Shown here: positions 1-12,742 of the stretch, piece by piece
How the letters are laid out: each line of letters opens with the position of its first letter
Numbering within the stretch: position 1 is the stretch's first letter
Assembly: GCF_025526975.1 (NCBI RefSeq)
Contig: NW_026515681.1
Location: 310,001-374,000 of the forward strand
Reading direction: 5' to 3'
DNA from: Fimicolochytrium jonesii
Lineage: Eukaryota
DNA: 64,000 nucleotides
The notes under the pieces: model-generated
Told to the model about the DNA's origin: nothing
Databases searched by the model: none
Seen by the model: the letters and a program-made list of their open reading frames with translations, nothing else
Program-made: the position numbers and the translations under genes

Positions 1-1082
1 AAAGTAGCGGACCACATTCGGGTGGTGCAGCTTCGCCTGGAACTTGACTTCCCGGAGGATCCGCTCCAATGTGTTGGTGCCGAGCTTCAGACGGACTTTC
101 TTGACGGCGTATTCAATGCCGTCCAACCTGTTTCGCACGCGGTACACTCGTCCGAACGCGCCACGGCCCAGAACGTTCATTTCTTCGAAATCCTCGGAGT
201 ATCGCGAGGCATGCGCATCCCACACAGACGGGCTTCGGTGTGTGAGCTGGACGCGACGGTTGCGCGTGAAATTCGAGTCGCGCGGCATCAGAGGGGATAC
301 GCAGCGGGTCCCGTCGAGGTTATCAGCCTGCCTAGTCGACATCAGCGGCGATTTCCCGCCACCGCCGCCATTAGGATGTTGCACCCTGTCAAACTCCTTC
401 GCTTCAAACGGGAGCGCCGACGGGCCTTCCTGCTCTTTGATGGCGTCCATGGCGCGGATGACGAGATCCCTGAACGCTCGCTTGTATGCGCCGCGGACGC
501 TGGCTAGTTCGTCGAGGAAATCGTGCGCCTCGATGATCCCCATCGACGCGAGCTGTTTGCAGATCACGTAGAATAATCGGCGGTTGCGTTCGGGCGACTC
601 GTCGTAGAGGGCGCAGAAGTTTTCGAGCATGGATACGAGGAGTAAGCGGCCTTGTCGGGTTCGTCGTTCCTCTTCGTGGTGCATGCGACGGCGGAGGGAC
701 GTTTGTCGACGGATCATGGCGGCTGACGCTGGGCCTTTTGGCGTCCTTGACCGCCGGCGGCGTGACGAGCCGGCGCGTGGATGCTTTTCGGGGCTGGAGC
801 CGGGACTGGTGCCTGTGAGATGGTGGTCATGATCACCGTTGGACGTATACGGGTCGGCATAGTCTTCTGGAAGAGAGGGAAACATTGACGCTTGCGTTAG
901 ACAGAGCTTCTCCGACCAGGTTCAGTCTCTGACAACGACCCACCTTCAGAAAGTTCAAATGGGTGCAACCCTTCTTCTTCATCGGCGTTGTCGCCGGCAA
1001 GTTGAACAGGCGAATTGTGGTGCTGCTTGTTATTGTCGTTGACGGTGGTCCCCTTCAAAGCACCTCCGCGCAAGCTCGACAT
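1..1082 (-). CDS. HRI-type eIF2alpha kinase, 5' part (runs off the window start); intron 867-916
   Basis: Manual translation gives the HRI-like N-terminal block RLLLVSMLENFCALYDESPERNRRLFYVICKQLASMGII..DELASVRGAYKRAF. It is followed by a kinase N-lobe SRYSEDFEEMNVLGRGAFGRVYRVRNRLDGIEYAVKKV..ILREVKFQAKLHHPNVVRYF. The GT..CTAAC..CAG intron keeps the frame. Confidence 0.88.
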
Positions 1083-2088
1083 TGCATTCTATGGGGGCGA
1101 ATACGTAGTGCGTCCGACTGGGGGCAGGCTTGCAACAAGTTAGACGAGTACGTCGCTGACCACAAATACGATTACATTTGAGTAGTCCGTGGGGGAAACT
1201 GAGAAGCTCTTTCTTTCAAAGGGGGTATGAGTTCTCCAGACGAGGCCAAGACTCAAGCCCAGGTGCAGTTTGGGGACAGTTGTGTTTATGTTGTTTGTTT
1301 GAACGAAGGAGCAGGGGCCTGGTGGGAGTTTGTTTACGGTGGCGGAATGGCTGGACTGTAGCGAGGGGCGATTATTGCCTGTTTCGACGGCTTTCGACGG
1401 GCGCGTCTTCCTCCTGCCGCCCGCCTTCCCTCCCGCTATAATAACCATCGATTCCAACCCATACAGAAAATGAGAAAAGTCGCTGGCAACAACCTGCAAA
1501 TTCCATACTCTCCGCAGACCTGAACGTGAGGATCCTTCAGAGAAATAAAGTTCTCGCTCCAGTAAAAAGCCACAGGTCCCCCCCACCTTCCAAGTGTCCC
1601 CAATCCTTCTATAATACCACAGCAGACGCGTCCCTATAATGGTCTCCCACCCATGTTACTATTCCTGACGGGCACAACTGAAAATTGCAATGAGGCGCCA
1701 GCCCCAGTGTTTTCGGCCTGGCGATTTTTTCATTGAAATAGAACTCCCTCTCCTCTTCTTCGTCCTCGCAATTTCTCAGTCTTTGTTCATCTTCCTGCGT
1801 CATTTTATACTCAGAAATCATTTCCCAAACCAGCATTTTTGAGTGTTAAACCGTGAGTGTTGGCCTGGAATAAGAGAGGGGTGTGCAAAGGGACGGATGC
1901 TGTCATTTGGGCCGATTTGCGGTTGTTTGTGGAGAGATGTGCGATGCATAGCATGGCATGCACAAATCCCCGTGCCTGTCGAAAAATGACACATAGAAAC
2001 TCATCCATCCGCTCGTCTCTTCATTCCCATCCCACATAGATAAGCAACCGTCTAAAGCAACCGTCTAAAGAAAAAGATACCCTAAACC

Positions 2089-3774
2089 ATGCCTCGTGAA
2101 ATCGTCACCGTGCACGCCGGTCAATGGTGAGTACGGCAACATCAAATCCCCCACAACACTCTCCAAATACCTCTTCCTATCATCTAACTCTCCCTTCCTT
2201 CTCGCAACCCCCCTCAGCGGCAACCAAGTCGGCGCCAAATTCTGGGAAGTTGTCTCGGACGAACACGGCCTCGACCCAACAGGCCAATACCGAGGCGACT
2301 CGGACCTCCAACTCGAGCGGATCAGCGTCTACTACAACGAAGGGCAGTCCGGTCGCTACGTGCCCCGCGCGGTGCTCGTCGACCTCGAGCCCGGGACGAT
2401 GGACTCTGCGCGCGCCGGGCCGTATGGGCAGCTGTTCAAGCCGGATTCGTTCGTGTTTGGACAGAGCGGCGCCGGAAATAATTGGGCAAAGGGGTTCTAC
2501 ACCGAGGGCGCGGAGTTGGTCGAGAGTGTGCTGGATGTGGTTAGGAAGGAGGCCGAGGGCGCGGACTCGTTGCAGGGGTTTCAGGTGTTTCATTCGTTGG
2601 GGGGCGGGACGGGGAGTGGGATGGGGTCTTTGCTTGTTTCTAAGGTATATACACATCTCTCTGCTTCTCCTTCCATAGGTCCTCTCTCTGAGCGGCCATA
2701 TCCTCATCATCGGTCTGCAACCTGACATCGCCATCGCATCTCTCTCATCTTCTTCCCGCCCACAGATCCGCGAAGAATTCCCCGACCGCATGCTCTGCAC
2801 CTTCTCCGTGATGCCGTCTCCCAAAGTGTCCGACACCGTCGTCGAGCCCTACAACGCCACGTTAGCGATGCACCAACTCGTCGAAAACTCCGACCTCTCC
2901 TTCTGCATCGACAACGAAGCCCTGTACGACATCTGCCTGCGCACGCTCAAGATCTCCTCCCCGGCCTACTCCGACCTCAACCACCTGATCTCCCTCGTCG
3001 TCGCAGGCATCACCACCTGTCTCCGCTTCCCCGGGCAGCTCAACGCCGATCTCCGCAAACTCGCAGTCAACATGGTCCCCTTCCCCCGGCTGCACTTCTT
3101 CACGGTCGGCACCGCCCCGCTGACAGCTAGGGGGAACCTGGCCTACCAGGCCCTCACGGTGCCCGAGCTGACCAACCAGCTGTTTGATGCAAAGAACATC
3201 ATGGCCGCGTGCGACCCCCGCCACGGGCGCTACCTGACCGTCTCCACCATCTTCCGGGGGAAGCTGAGCACGAAGGAGGTCGAGCAGCAGATGTACAACA
3301 TGCAGATGAAGAACAGCGCGTATTTCGTAGAGTGGATCCCTAGTAATATCAAGACCGCTAGTACGTCTCCCCCCCCCCCCCCCCCCCTTCCAATCACATC
3401 CCTTTTGATCACCTCCGAACCCTTACACATCCCCCCACTCTTTTTTTTATTTAGTCTGCGACATCCCCCCCCGCGGCCTCAAAATGTCCGCGACCTTCAT
3501 CGGCAACACGACGGCGATCCAAGAGCCGTTCAAGCGCATCCAGGTGCAGTTCTCCGCCATGTTCAAGCGCAAAGCTTTTCTGCACTGGTACACCGGCGAG
3601 GGCATGGACGAGATGGAGTTCACAGAGGCAGAGTCCAACATGGCCGATCTCATCTCGGAGTACCAGCAGTATCAGGAGGCCGCGGTGGAGGATGATGGCG
3701 CGGGGTACGAGGAGGAGGAGGAGGTTAGGGGACGGGAGGAAAGTAGGGGGGAGGAGGAGGGACAGCAGGAGTAG
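2089..3774 (+). CDS. TUB2: Divergent beta-tubulin; introns about 2127-2217, 2645-2765, 3361-3454
   Basis: Spliced protein begins [23 protein letters not shown] and contains [67 protein letters not shown] and [23 protein letters not shown], with an acidic tail. Confidence 0.97.
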
Positions 3775-5706
3775 AGGGGAGGTGGGGGGGGGGGGGGGGT
3801 CAGTTTTGAGGGACGGTCAGGTATGTTTAGGGGTAGGATTCATTTATTGGAGGGGGGTATTGGGGCTCGCTAGACCACCTTGAACTGCTAGAGATTAGCG
3901 CTTGAATAGCATTGTCGGTGAAAGGGATAGCTAGCGATTTTCCTTTTTCTGGGATACCATAACGGTGGGGAATACATCACTTATTTCGAGAGATAGCTCC
4001 CAATGTATACGTATGTTTGTGATGCGATGACGGAAGATTATGCGGAGGGATAACCACAGAAAGAGGGAGAAGAACAAGGGAGGGAGCATATAAATAACAA
4101 ATGGGACGGGCTTGCGCATCAACCTCTTCTCTGCATCCTCCAGCAGGTTTATGATGTCGCGATCATTAGGCTTGACGACAGGGTCAATCATCGTCCGGGA
4201 TGATACCGGCGTCATCCGAATCGAACACTCGAGTTCCAAGCATATGTTGAGGGTTTCCATCGCACCCGCGACCAGCGTAGGATTGTCAAGCTCCTCGCTC
4301 CCTTCAACATATAAGCGTGGCTCCGTACCACCGTCGGCTATCATCCATGCGGCTGCAAGAACCCCACACCGCTCCGTGCGTTCCAGTCATTCCAAGGTTG
4401 CTCAGGGAACCCTACTTTCAAGCTCGATGCGCTAGTCTGTGGAATGTCCTCGACGCGGCATCGGTCTCCCTTTGCGGGTTCGAGTGACCGACCGGAAACG
4501 GGTCCCGTTATCATCGCGTTGGATCTGAACTTCTTCGCGTGCATTTCATCCTCCCACGTCCAGTCGGCTCTGAATGTCATCATCTGTCTGACGACTAGCC
4601 ATTCCGGTGCCATCGTGTCCAGGGAAGCGTGAACGCGTGACATCAAATGCTTCAAGAGTCGTGGTAGTCCCATCCGGCCAACGCGTTGCGAAACCCGATC
4701 CGGTACGACGCATATCGCCGGGCTTTCTTGTATCAGCAGCATCTGCACCTATAGATACTGTTGATGCTGCTCTCTGTTCTGATTGGGGTACCTGCTGCGT
4801 CTGCTGACCTGCACATGCAGACCCCCACCTCCCATTTTCTGTCGTATCTCGCCTTTAGATTGCTTTGCGAGCGATCTTGCGGCGCTTGTCTTGTCGTGGA
4901 TCCCAAGATGCTGTAATGGAATGATGGCAAATGACCCACTTCAGGCCGCTCGCAACTCGGCGGGTTTCGCCGGGCAGTGTCGCATGGCCGTCACTCCCAT
5001 TTATTTCTCATTTAATGGCTAATGCGATTTTTTGGGCAACTGGTTCCAGCGGCACCGCATCGTCGGGGACGGAGCGGGAATGCTCGAAATAGACGAATGT
5101 GGTGGGTATCCCTCCATGAAGTTACGCTCACAGCACGCGACCAGAAAAGCTGAATTAGACGGTGGTCCAAGTTGGCGCGACTCGTACCTCCGTAGCTGTG
5201 ACATGCTGCGACTTCGCCTGCCGGAAACTTCCAAGTCAGCCCCTGCAGTGGCATCAACACCACTTCTGTTGTCGGCATCAGACTCTTTGACAGCCGTTGT
5301 TACCTGTGCCCAATCCTCACGGTCGCGCCAGCATCTTTGAATAGGCTTGCATCTTTCGTTGCGCCTCGTGGTGACGCAAAGTATGCTCGACGCTGTAGTC
5401 GAGTATGCGCAGAAAGCAAGGCAGTATACTGTACCTTGCTTTGGAGGCAATACGCCTTGCCCTGAGTCTCCGCAGGCAACAGAATGACACTCCGCTTGCT
5501 TGGTGACGATGTTTCCGACAGGTTAGCCGCCGCGGCAGCACCGGGCGAAAAGTGGGCTCCCCCAGACATCTCCTCGAGCACCATTCCGTCACCTCGAGGT
5601 GAATAGCATTCTCCCATCCAAAACGAAGTCCGCATCGTCAAAGTCTGCGCAAAATTGAAGTCCACATCGTTTCGTTGACGCCCTGACTCCCGGTGATGTT
5701 GCTGCA

Positions 5707-5780
5707 TGCCTTCACCGAGATTCGAACTCGGGACCTTCTGCTTACTAGGCAGACGCTCTATCCAACTGAGCCATGAAGGC
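5707..5780 (-). tRNA. tRNA-Thr(AGT), intronless
   Basis: Reverse complement GCCTTCA TG GCTC AGTTGGATA GAGC G TCTGC CTAGTAA GCAGA AGGTC CCGAG TTCGAAT CTCGG TGAAGGC A forms a full cloverleaf with anticodon AGT. Confidence 0.97.
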
Positions 5781-6483
5781 GAGATGAATCGTCGTTTGAA
5801 AAATTGATTTTTTCTCGCATCTCCGGCAAATTGTCGCGATACTGCGCGCAGTTAAGTCGAGAGCTTGACGGTGGCGATCCGGTTTGGTATTGCAGTGCCT
5901 TGCTTACTACAGCAGTACAGCAGATTGTTGCGGTTGATGAGGCCTGACGACGATTCCACATCAGCGTTGTCGACTAGCCCCAAATGTGGGATAGGTTTCT
6001 CGGCGGGAACATTGGCAATTGACTTCAAAAGAGCGGAAGCGAAGATGGACGATGAACGAGTAGGGAGGGCGCCAGAGGACAGCGCGACGATCAGTTGCCA
6101 GAGAGAGAGTGTTGTGGAGTGAGAGTCGCAGTTGATCTAGCGAGGATGGCCTGCGATTTGGAGCGTGGGGGGAAACCAAGAAGCGTGAGACGGCTAGTGA
6201 GACGGGGAGACAAGGGGACGGCTGCCGTTCATGACGCGTCGATGTCCAGAAGCGCTCTCAACTCTCTCGAGGATTCATTCGTCGGGCTTTCAACCTCGCA
6301 GACACTCCCACCGCACCCGGAGAGAGATCTCACTAGCTGCCTCGCTTACTTCCTGACGTACACTCAGCAAACTGCACTCTCGGCTGAACGCACTGCCATA
6401 GGGAATCCGTCTCGCACGCCCTCTTTGAATCTGCAAAGTCTTCCAATCCCAAATCACGACAGTTATCTGAAACCAACTCCAAA

Positions 6484-8504
6484 ATGGCGGACTTTGTAGA
6501 CGACGAAGCCATCATGCACTTCATTGAAGTGACAGGCGCCGACCCAGACATCGCCAAGAACTATCTGCAGGTGGGTAGACTTGTTTGCCTGGAAGCCGTG
6601 CCTCCCTCTACATCACATTTGACTGAGCCTCAATACGCATTCCCAGGTGTCTGAAGGAGTCGTTGAGCAAGCTGTATCTCTCTTCATGGAAAACGGAGGA
6701 GCACCATTGCACACCGAAGCAGCCGCGTCCACCAGTACCAGCACAGGGCCGTCTTCAGCCCCTTACATCCCCGCTGACCCGGAAGTCAGGGCGCCGATCG
6801 CGTCGAAGAGGGAAGCGTTGTTTGACGCTGACATGTCGCCTTACAACCATCGCGTTGCACGTGAGTTCTGGTGGCTTGAGCGGGTGGACCTGTCAGTGGG
6901 ACCATGGCAACTGACAATGACAACATTTGATGCAGCACGGAGATCGCATGCGGCGGCTTCGAACAACCCGTTTGCGCAACATGATAACTTGCCGACCACA
7001 CCATGTACGGCTTGCACAGTTTACGTGATGCGTTAGATGCGACGAAAGATTCCCAGATACTGATATCTTGTGATTTAGCACTATCGAATGACCCAAACAG
7101 TAGACTGGCCGAAATGTTCCGACCGCCCACGAGTATCATGCACGTCTCAAACTCAACGCAGCAGGTGAGGATGAGGACGAGAAAGCATCGCTTTTGCATC
7201 TGAGAGTCTTCGCGTTTACTGAGGTAGAAGAAGTCTAACACGATCACACACAGGCTCGCGACTTTGCAAAGATGCGAAAAAAGTGGCTGATCATCACATT
7301 GAACGAGCCAACTTTCTTCCCATGCCAAGTTCTGAATCGCGATCTGTGGAAGGACCCATCAGTTCTGACGCTGATCAAGGAGCATTTCGTGTTCGTTTAC
7401 GTAAGCTGTTTCAGGGCTTTTCACATTCCGCGCTTTGCGATACTAACTTCATCTCTCCAGTGGGTAGCATCCAGTCCCCCCGGACTTGAACACCGCAATC
7501 TGTATCCCTTCGAGGAGTTTCCGTATATCGCCATTATTGATCCCATCACTGGTAAGCATGCGCTTCGAGAGGCAGAAAATCGATTAATTCGGACCTCGCT
7601 TACCGATCTTTCCAAACTCAGGCGAGCGCATGAAGTCGTGGAACACCGCCGTCGAGCCGAAGGACTTCATGCAAGATGGTGAGTCTAACATTCTAACACT
7701 GTAATATGTCCTCAGAGAAAGCGTTGCACGAAACTGACCAAACGTTCTTCTGGCCAGCCCTGACATTCTTAAGCACACATTCCCTCTTTCAAGCGGCGCC
7801 TTCCCCAGCGAAAAAGACGAAAGTCAATCCGACAAAGCAAAAGAAGGTAGAACAATGATACTCCTCACACCAGTCGCACCCTTCTCCGTCACATAATCTA
7901 ACATCCCATCCGTCCCAGACAATCACAGAACTAACCGAAGATGAACAACTAGAACTCGCCTTAGCAGCCTCCATGGGGGACGCCGGGCCATCCAAAAAGC
8001 CAGGCGACGTAGTGGACCTCACGAGCGAAAAGGACGCGGACGAGGATAATGAAGTGGAAGGTGCTTCCGGTATGTCGCCCTGTATAGCCTTTTAAGCGTT
8101 GCGAACAAGGCGGGCTTATATTTCCCATATCCCCCTTGCAGTGCTAGACCTAATTAAACCGCAGCTAAACGAAGAACCAACGGGCAGCGACGCGCTCCGG
8201 ATACAGTTCCGCCTCCCCGACGGATCGCGCAAAGTGCGCAAATTCCGACCAACCGACCCTGTTCGCACGCTGTTTGAGTATATACGCGCTGATGTGCCCG
8301 AGGCGGGTGATAAGCCGTTTGAGGTATGGATGGGAGTTCCACAAGAGCTTCGGCCCTTTCGTTGCGTGTTTGATTGCTCAAACCCTGTTTTGCGTTTCTC
8401 TTTCACAGTTGATGAACTTCCGGGACCCGCTACTCCCACGGCTCAAGGAAACGGTCGCGGACGCGAAACTCGCCGGAGCGTCCATTACCGTTGCCTTCTC
8501 GTAG
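6484..8504 (+). CDS. UBX domain protein (UBA-like + UAS/thioredoxin-like + UIM + UBX; UBXN7/Ubx5 type), multi-exon
   Basis: MADFVDDEAIMHFIEVTGADPDIAKNYLQ (UBA-like), LAEMFRPP, FPCQVLNRDLWKD (UAS), LTEDEQLELALAASMG (UIM), RIQFRLPDGSRKVRKF (UBX). Confidence 0.9.
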
Positions 8505-8842
8505 AAGCTGTAAACGCACAAACATGCATCTTCGCCACGGAAAAACAAAACGCAAAATTGGGTTATGTGCTCAACAAACACAATTATTTTAGGTCGCGCA
8601 ACCTACAAAGAAAAAGAACAGGCTCTTCCGGCCAAAGGTCGTAGCCCTGGTTACAGCGAACCCGCCCATACCAATCATTGTTCCCTGATACGACCCCTTC
8701 TATGCCCGCCCGTACTATATAATCCCTCGCGCCGGGGAGGGGTATCACATCTCCACTGTACATAACACCGGCCCAAAGCACGTTGTTTTCCGTAAGCGGA
8801 ATGTTCATGTGTGATAACACAAAAAGTTCTTGGGTTGGTTGT

Positions 8843-11800
8843 TTATGTGTCGGTGTCGGCTTCCGCGACGACTTCCTTGCCGTGGCAGAAGTAGAGGCGC
8901 GCTTCGGTTGTGAAGGGGTTTGAGATTCTGTATTGGTTGCCTGCATGAGGGGAGAAAATCAACGGTTATACATTCTGGCGATTTCCAACAATCCTGCGGA
9001 TACGGAAAATCGGGCTTTCTTTACCTCGCGGAACCATAAACGTCGCCTCCTTGGCAACCACAAAAGTCGTCCTATTCACCTGCACCTCCACTTTCCCGCT
9101 CAGCACCACAAAAATCTACGCGCGCTCAAGAACATCAGCACTCCACTCGTTCCGCACCCACCCACCCACTCCTTCCCCCCCGCAACCGCAAAACTCACCA
9201 TGGTACTCTGCGCAGAATTCTTATTCGGCTTATGGCTCCCTTTCGGCATGACAAGCACGCCCGAGGCGATATAGTTGCCCTCGCTGAACACTTTCTGGAA
9301 CTTGTAGTCGCCGGCGCCGATGTTGCGCGGGTTGAGCATTTCGGGGGTTGCCACGATTTCTGCAAAAAAAATATAAATAATTCCAAAATCGGTAAATATA
9401 ACTCGGCCTGACGATGGGGTTGAGTGATGTTCGTTTACGTACGTTGATCCTCCTCCTCCCCAGTAACGATATTGATAACAGGGATATCAGGCTGCGCGAC
9501 GGGGACAGAGCCGTGCTCGCGCTTGACGCGTGAGGAGGCCGTTGTGCGGGCACGTCGGCGGTCGTGGTCTTCCTGGTCCGAGTCCACGCGGATCAGTTCT
9601 CTTGTTACGCCTCCTGAGGGTATCATGGAAAGAGGTTAGTATATCACGCTATGATTGGATGTTTGAAGAGGGGGGGGGAGGGGGGGGGGGGGGGGGTTAT
9701 GTATGTGCACGTACCGGATTCCCGGCGAGCGATCTTGAGCCCTTCGCCCTTCCAGAACTGGAACGGCTTGTGACGCTCGCGCTTGCTGCGGCGGATGCCG
9801 CCGTTGTCCTCGTCGTCTTCGCTTTCGGGGAGGGTGGGGCGTGGTGGCGCGGGGCGGGATGGTTGTTTGGTTCGGGTTGTGGCTCCTGTGCACGCAACTC
9901 CTTCGTTTAGTCTTTTCATCATATGACACGGCCCCGAGCTGCGTGATACATACCCTTGCCTTTCTGAGCCACAGTCTTACTCGTCCCGCTTTGCTTCGCC
10001 GCCAGCGCCTTGCTCCTGCTAGGTACAGTTTTTCGCGTCGCCGTCGGCTTGGACCGGACGGGCGAGGTTGCCTGCATGCCCGCATCGCTTTCCGAAGCAT
10101 TATCGGCGCTGTGGCCCACGTCCCCGTTCACGTCGTCTTCATGGTCATCTTGCTGCTCCATATCATCGAACTCAGGCTGTGGTTCCGGTTCCATTGTCGA
10201 CTCGTTTGCGGATGCGTCATCCTGAAATGCAAGGGAAGTATAAATGTCAGCACCAACCTTCGGAACATCGTTGCCATTCGACGGAAGCTTACATGAGCAT
10301 CAGAGTCATTCCACCCATTCCGTCGAGCCGATCGCTCGTTGTTTTTCCCACTCCCATTCCGGAACCCTTTATCCGCTCCATTTCGACCCGACCCAAGCAG
10401 CGGTTGCGAGAAGCTCTGTTCGTCATCATCATCACTCTCATCATCGGCAGGTTGGAGTTCCTCAGATATCTTTCTACCATGCTTAGCCGCCGTAGTTTTG
10501 CTCGAAGTGGGCTCCGGCCGCGATTGTTTTTTCGCTTTGCGGGTAGACGCAACGGGCTCCCTATGTGTCTCCAGCTCTTCAACTTCATCGTTATCATCGT
10601 GATCGTCCGCATCATCATCGTCATGATCAGCGTGTTGAACCGCCTCAGATATTTTTCGAGTACGGGTAGCCGCCGTCTTTTTGCTCGAAGGGGCCTCCGG
10701 CCGTGCTTGTTTCGCTTTGCGGTTAGACGCGACCGGTTCCCCATGTGTCTCCGGCTCTTCAACGTCATCATCTTCCGGGTGAGGATTGGCAGGCTCCTCG
10801 TTAGATGTTGATGGATCTCTGACGACGCGTTTGTCCCGCGTCTGGCGTTTCGGTTCAGCTCTTTTCGACATAAGAGGGCTGCTCTTGTTGCTATTTCGCG
10901 CCGATTCACTTTGCGATTGCTTCTTCAAAGTCGCGGTTGGTGCAGGGGGTGTTTGTTCAGCCTCCTCCCCCTCAGACTCTTCCGCCCCACGACGGGATCG
11001 ATCACGGTCATCAGACAAACGCAGCTTCTTCGCGCTGGGCTGCGGCCGTCTCGGAATCGCCGCGACTTTGGCCTCAGACCGTCCATTCTGCTGCTGTTGC
11101 TTTTTCCGGATTGTTGTATCATTGTTTGACGCGTCCGAGTCGCTGTCATTGCTGATCACCTTCCGCTTCCTGTTGCCTTCGTTCCGCTTTCGCGAGGGCG
11201 AGCTGGGAACGCTCTCCTGGTTGTTTTCGACCATGTCGTCGTATGCTTGTTGTTCCTCCTCCTCGAGATCCGCTTCGATATCAGCTGGTTCCATGCTGAC
11301 ATCAAGATTATCTGCTGAATAGTCTGCTGACGCGCTTGGACCTTCCTCCAGCGCTTCCTCCTCTGCCTCGACCTCTTCCCCACCAAAGGTCTCTTCCGCA
11401 CCACCAAATGACTCCGCATTCTCCTGAGCATCGAAGCACTCATCCTGCGTGTCCGCCGTCGTCATCTCCATCAAGGGATGCGGCGGTCGTCCGGAGTTCT
11501 GTGCTGGTTTCTGAGCACTGTGCACAACCTCCTTCACTCTTCGCTGAGGAGGCGAATGCTGCACCACCGTCCGTCCCGGCACTCGCATCGTTTCACGTGC
11601 CGTAGCGGGGCTTTTTTTGCTGGAGGTGGACGATGATACGTTGGCGTTGGATGACATGCTGCCGCTGGTTGGCAGGTGGAAGGGTCGGACGGGACTCAGA
11701 ATCGCGCGAGGAGATGGGATATCCTCTTCGACAATGGACGAATTAGAGATCATGGAGAATTGGTGACTGGTATTGGCTGAGCTGTGAGGCGAATCTTCAT

Positions 11801-12473
11801 CCGTTGGGCTGAGCGCCGGCGGTATCATAGATGGGCGGGGAAGACGATATATGGCGTTCCGGGCAGGCTCTGGCGTCGCGGAGTTTTGGGCTCTGTCCGT
11901 CGCCGGCGTTATCGATACTGGAGCTACGTTTATTTTCAGTCCGTGTCCAACTTATGATAGCGTACAGTTTCTAGCAAGGGGACTAACCTGGTGAAGGCAC
12001 GGCCTTTGACACCGCAGCTTTCGGAGTGCCAATGCTTCCTGAGTCGGCTGGTTCATGGACCGTCAGATCGTCCATTCCCTCAGGCTCCTCCTCCTTGAAC
12101 CAATCCTCGATCATTTCCATCCCGTTTTCATCAAGGCGGACATTTTCCGGCGCCTTGACCCCCGTTTTCCTGGAATATTAGATCAGCAACGCGGTCTCAT
12201 AATCCCCGCATCAATATCGACCTAAGAAAAGAAGAACAGAGCAAATAGAGACTGGGAAGAAAAGGCGCAACACGAACCTGCCTCGCACACCGATCTCGAA
12301 GAAGTTGTTCGGTCTCGGTGCCCTCTGAGAAAGAGCATAGTGGATGAGTAGCTACCCCACCATGAAAGAGCATCCCCAGAATGCCGTTGCTCCGCTTCTC
12401 TGCGCACCTTATTGGTTTTCTCCTCGTCCACTTCCGGGGCGTTGCCCTCTTCGGGATCGGCAGCTGCCAACAT
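8843..12473 (-). CDS. MIF2: Centromere protein C / Mif2, multi-exon
   Basis: The N-terminus splices to ..FFEIGVRGRKTGVKAPENVRLDENGMEMIEDWF (Mif2 N-type). It has the CENP-C motif RRSKRERHKPFQFWKGE, a C-terminal cupin (FQKVFSEGNYIASGVLVMPKGSHKPNKNS..GNQYRISNP..ARLYFCH) and a long disordered middle. Confidence 0.9.
10430..10775 (-). repeat. Two-copy in-frame tandem duplication (about 60 aa) inside CENP-C
   Basis: DDDVEEPETHGEPVASNRKAKQARPEAPSSKKTAATRTRKISE versus NDEVEELETHREPVASTRKAKKQSRPEPTSSKTTAAKHGRKISE. Confidence 0.9.
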
Positions 12474-12742
12474 TGCTTGCGGATGGGTGCTCTAACGTTA
12501 TGAGAGACGCTTAGGATCGCTTCGACAGCTTTCAATCGGTGCGCCGTGACGCTAGACACTGAATCGAGTGAACGGCAGAGGTCTATATAGAAAGAGACTG
12601 CTGCTGCACGGGGCACTCGATAATAGTCCTCGGGGGCAATGAGTGGCGCGAGTTGGCAAGGGGCGACGCGTAGCCCAGTAATAGAGAGCGCTCTTGTCCG
12701 ATCGAACACCGTTCCAACCCGCAAAAAACAACGCAACATGCC

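Noticed and set aside
3931..5700. Overlapping short ORFs between tubulin and tRNA-Thr
   Set aside because: No recognisable domain and no consistent spliced frame. Possibly a decayed gene, but unsupported.
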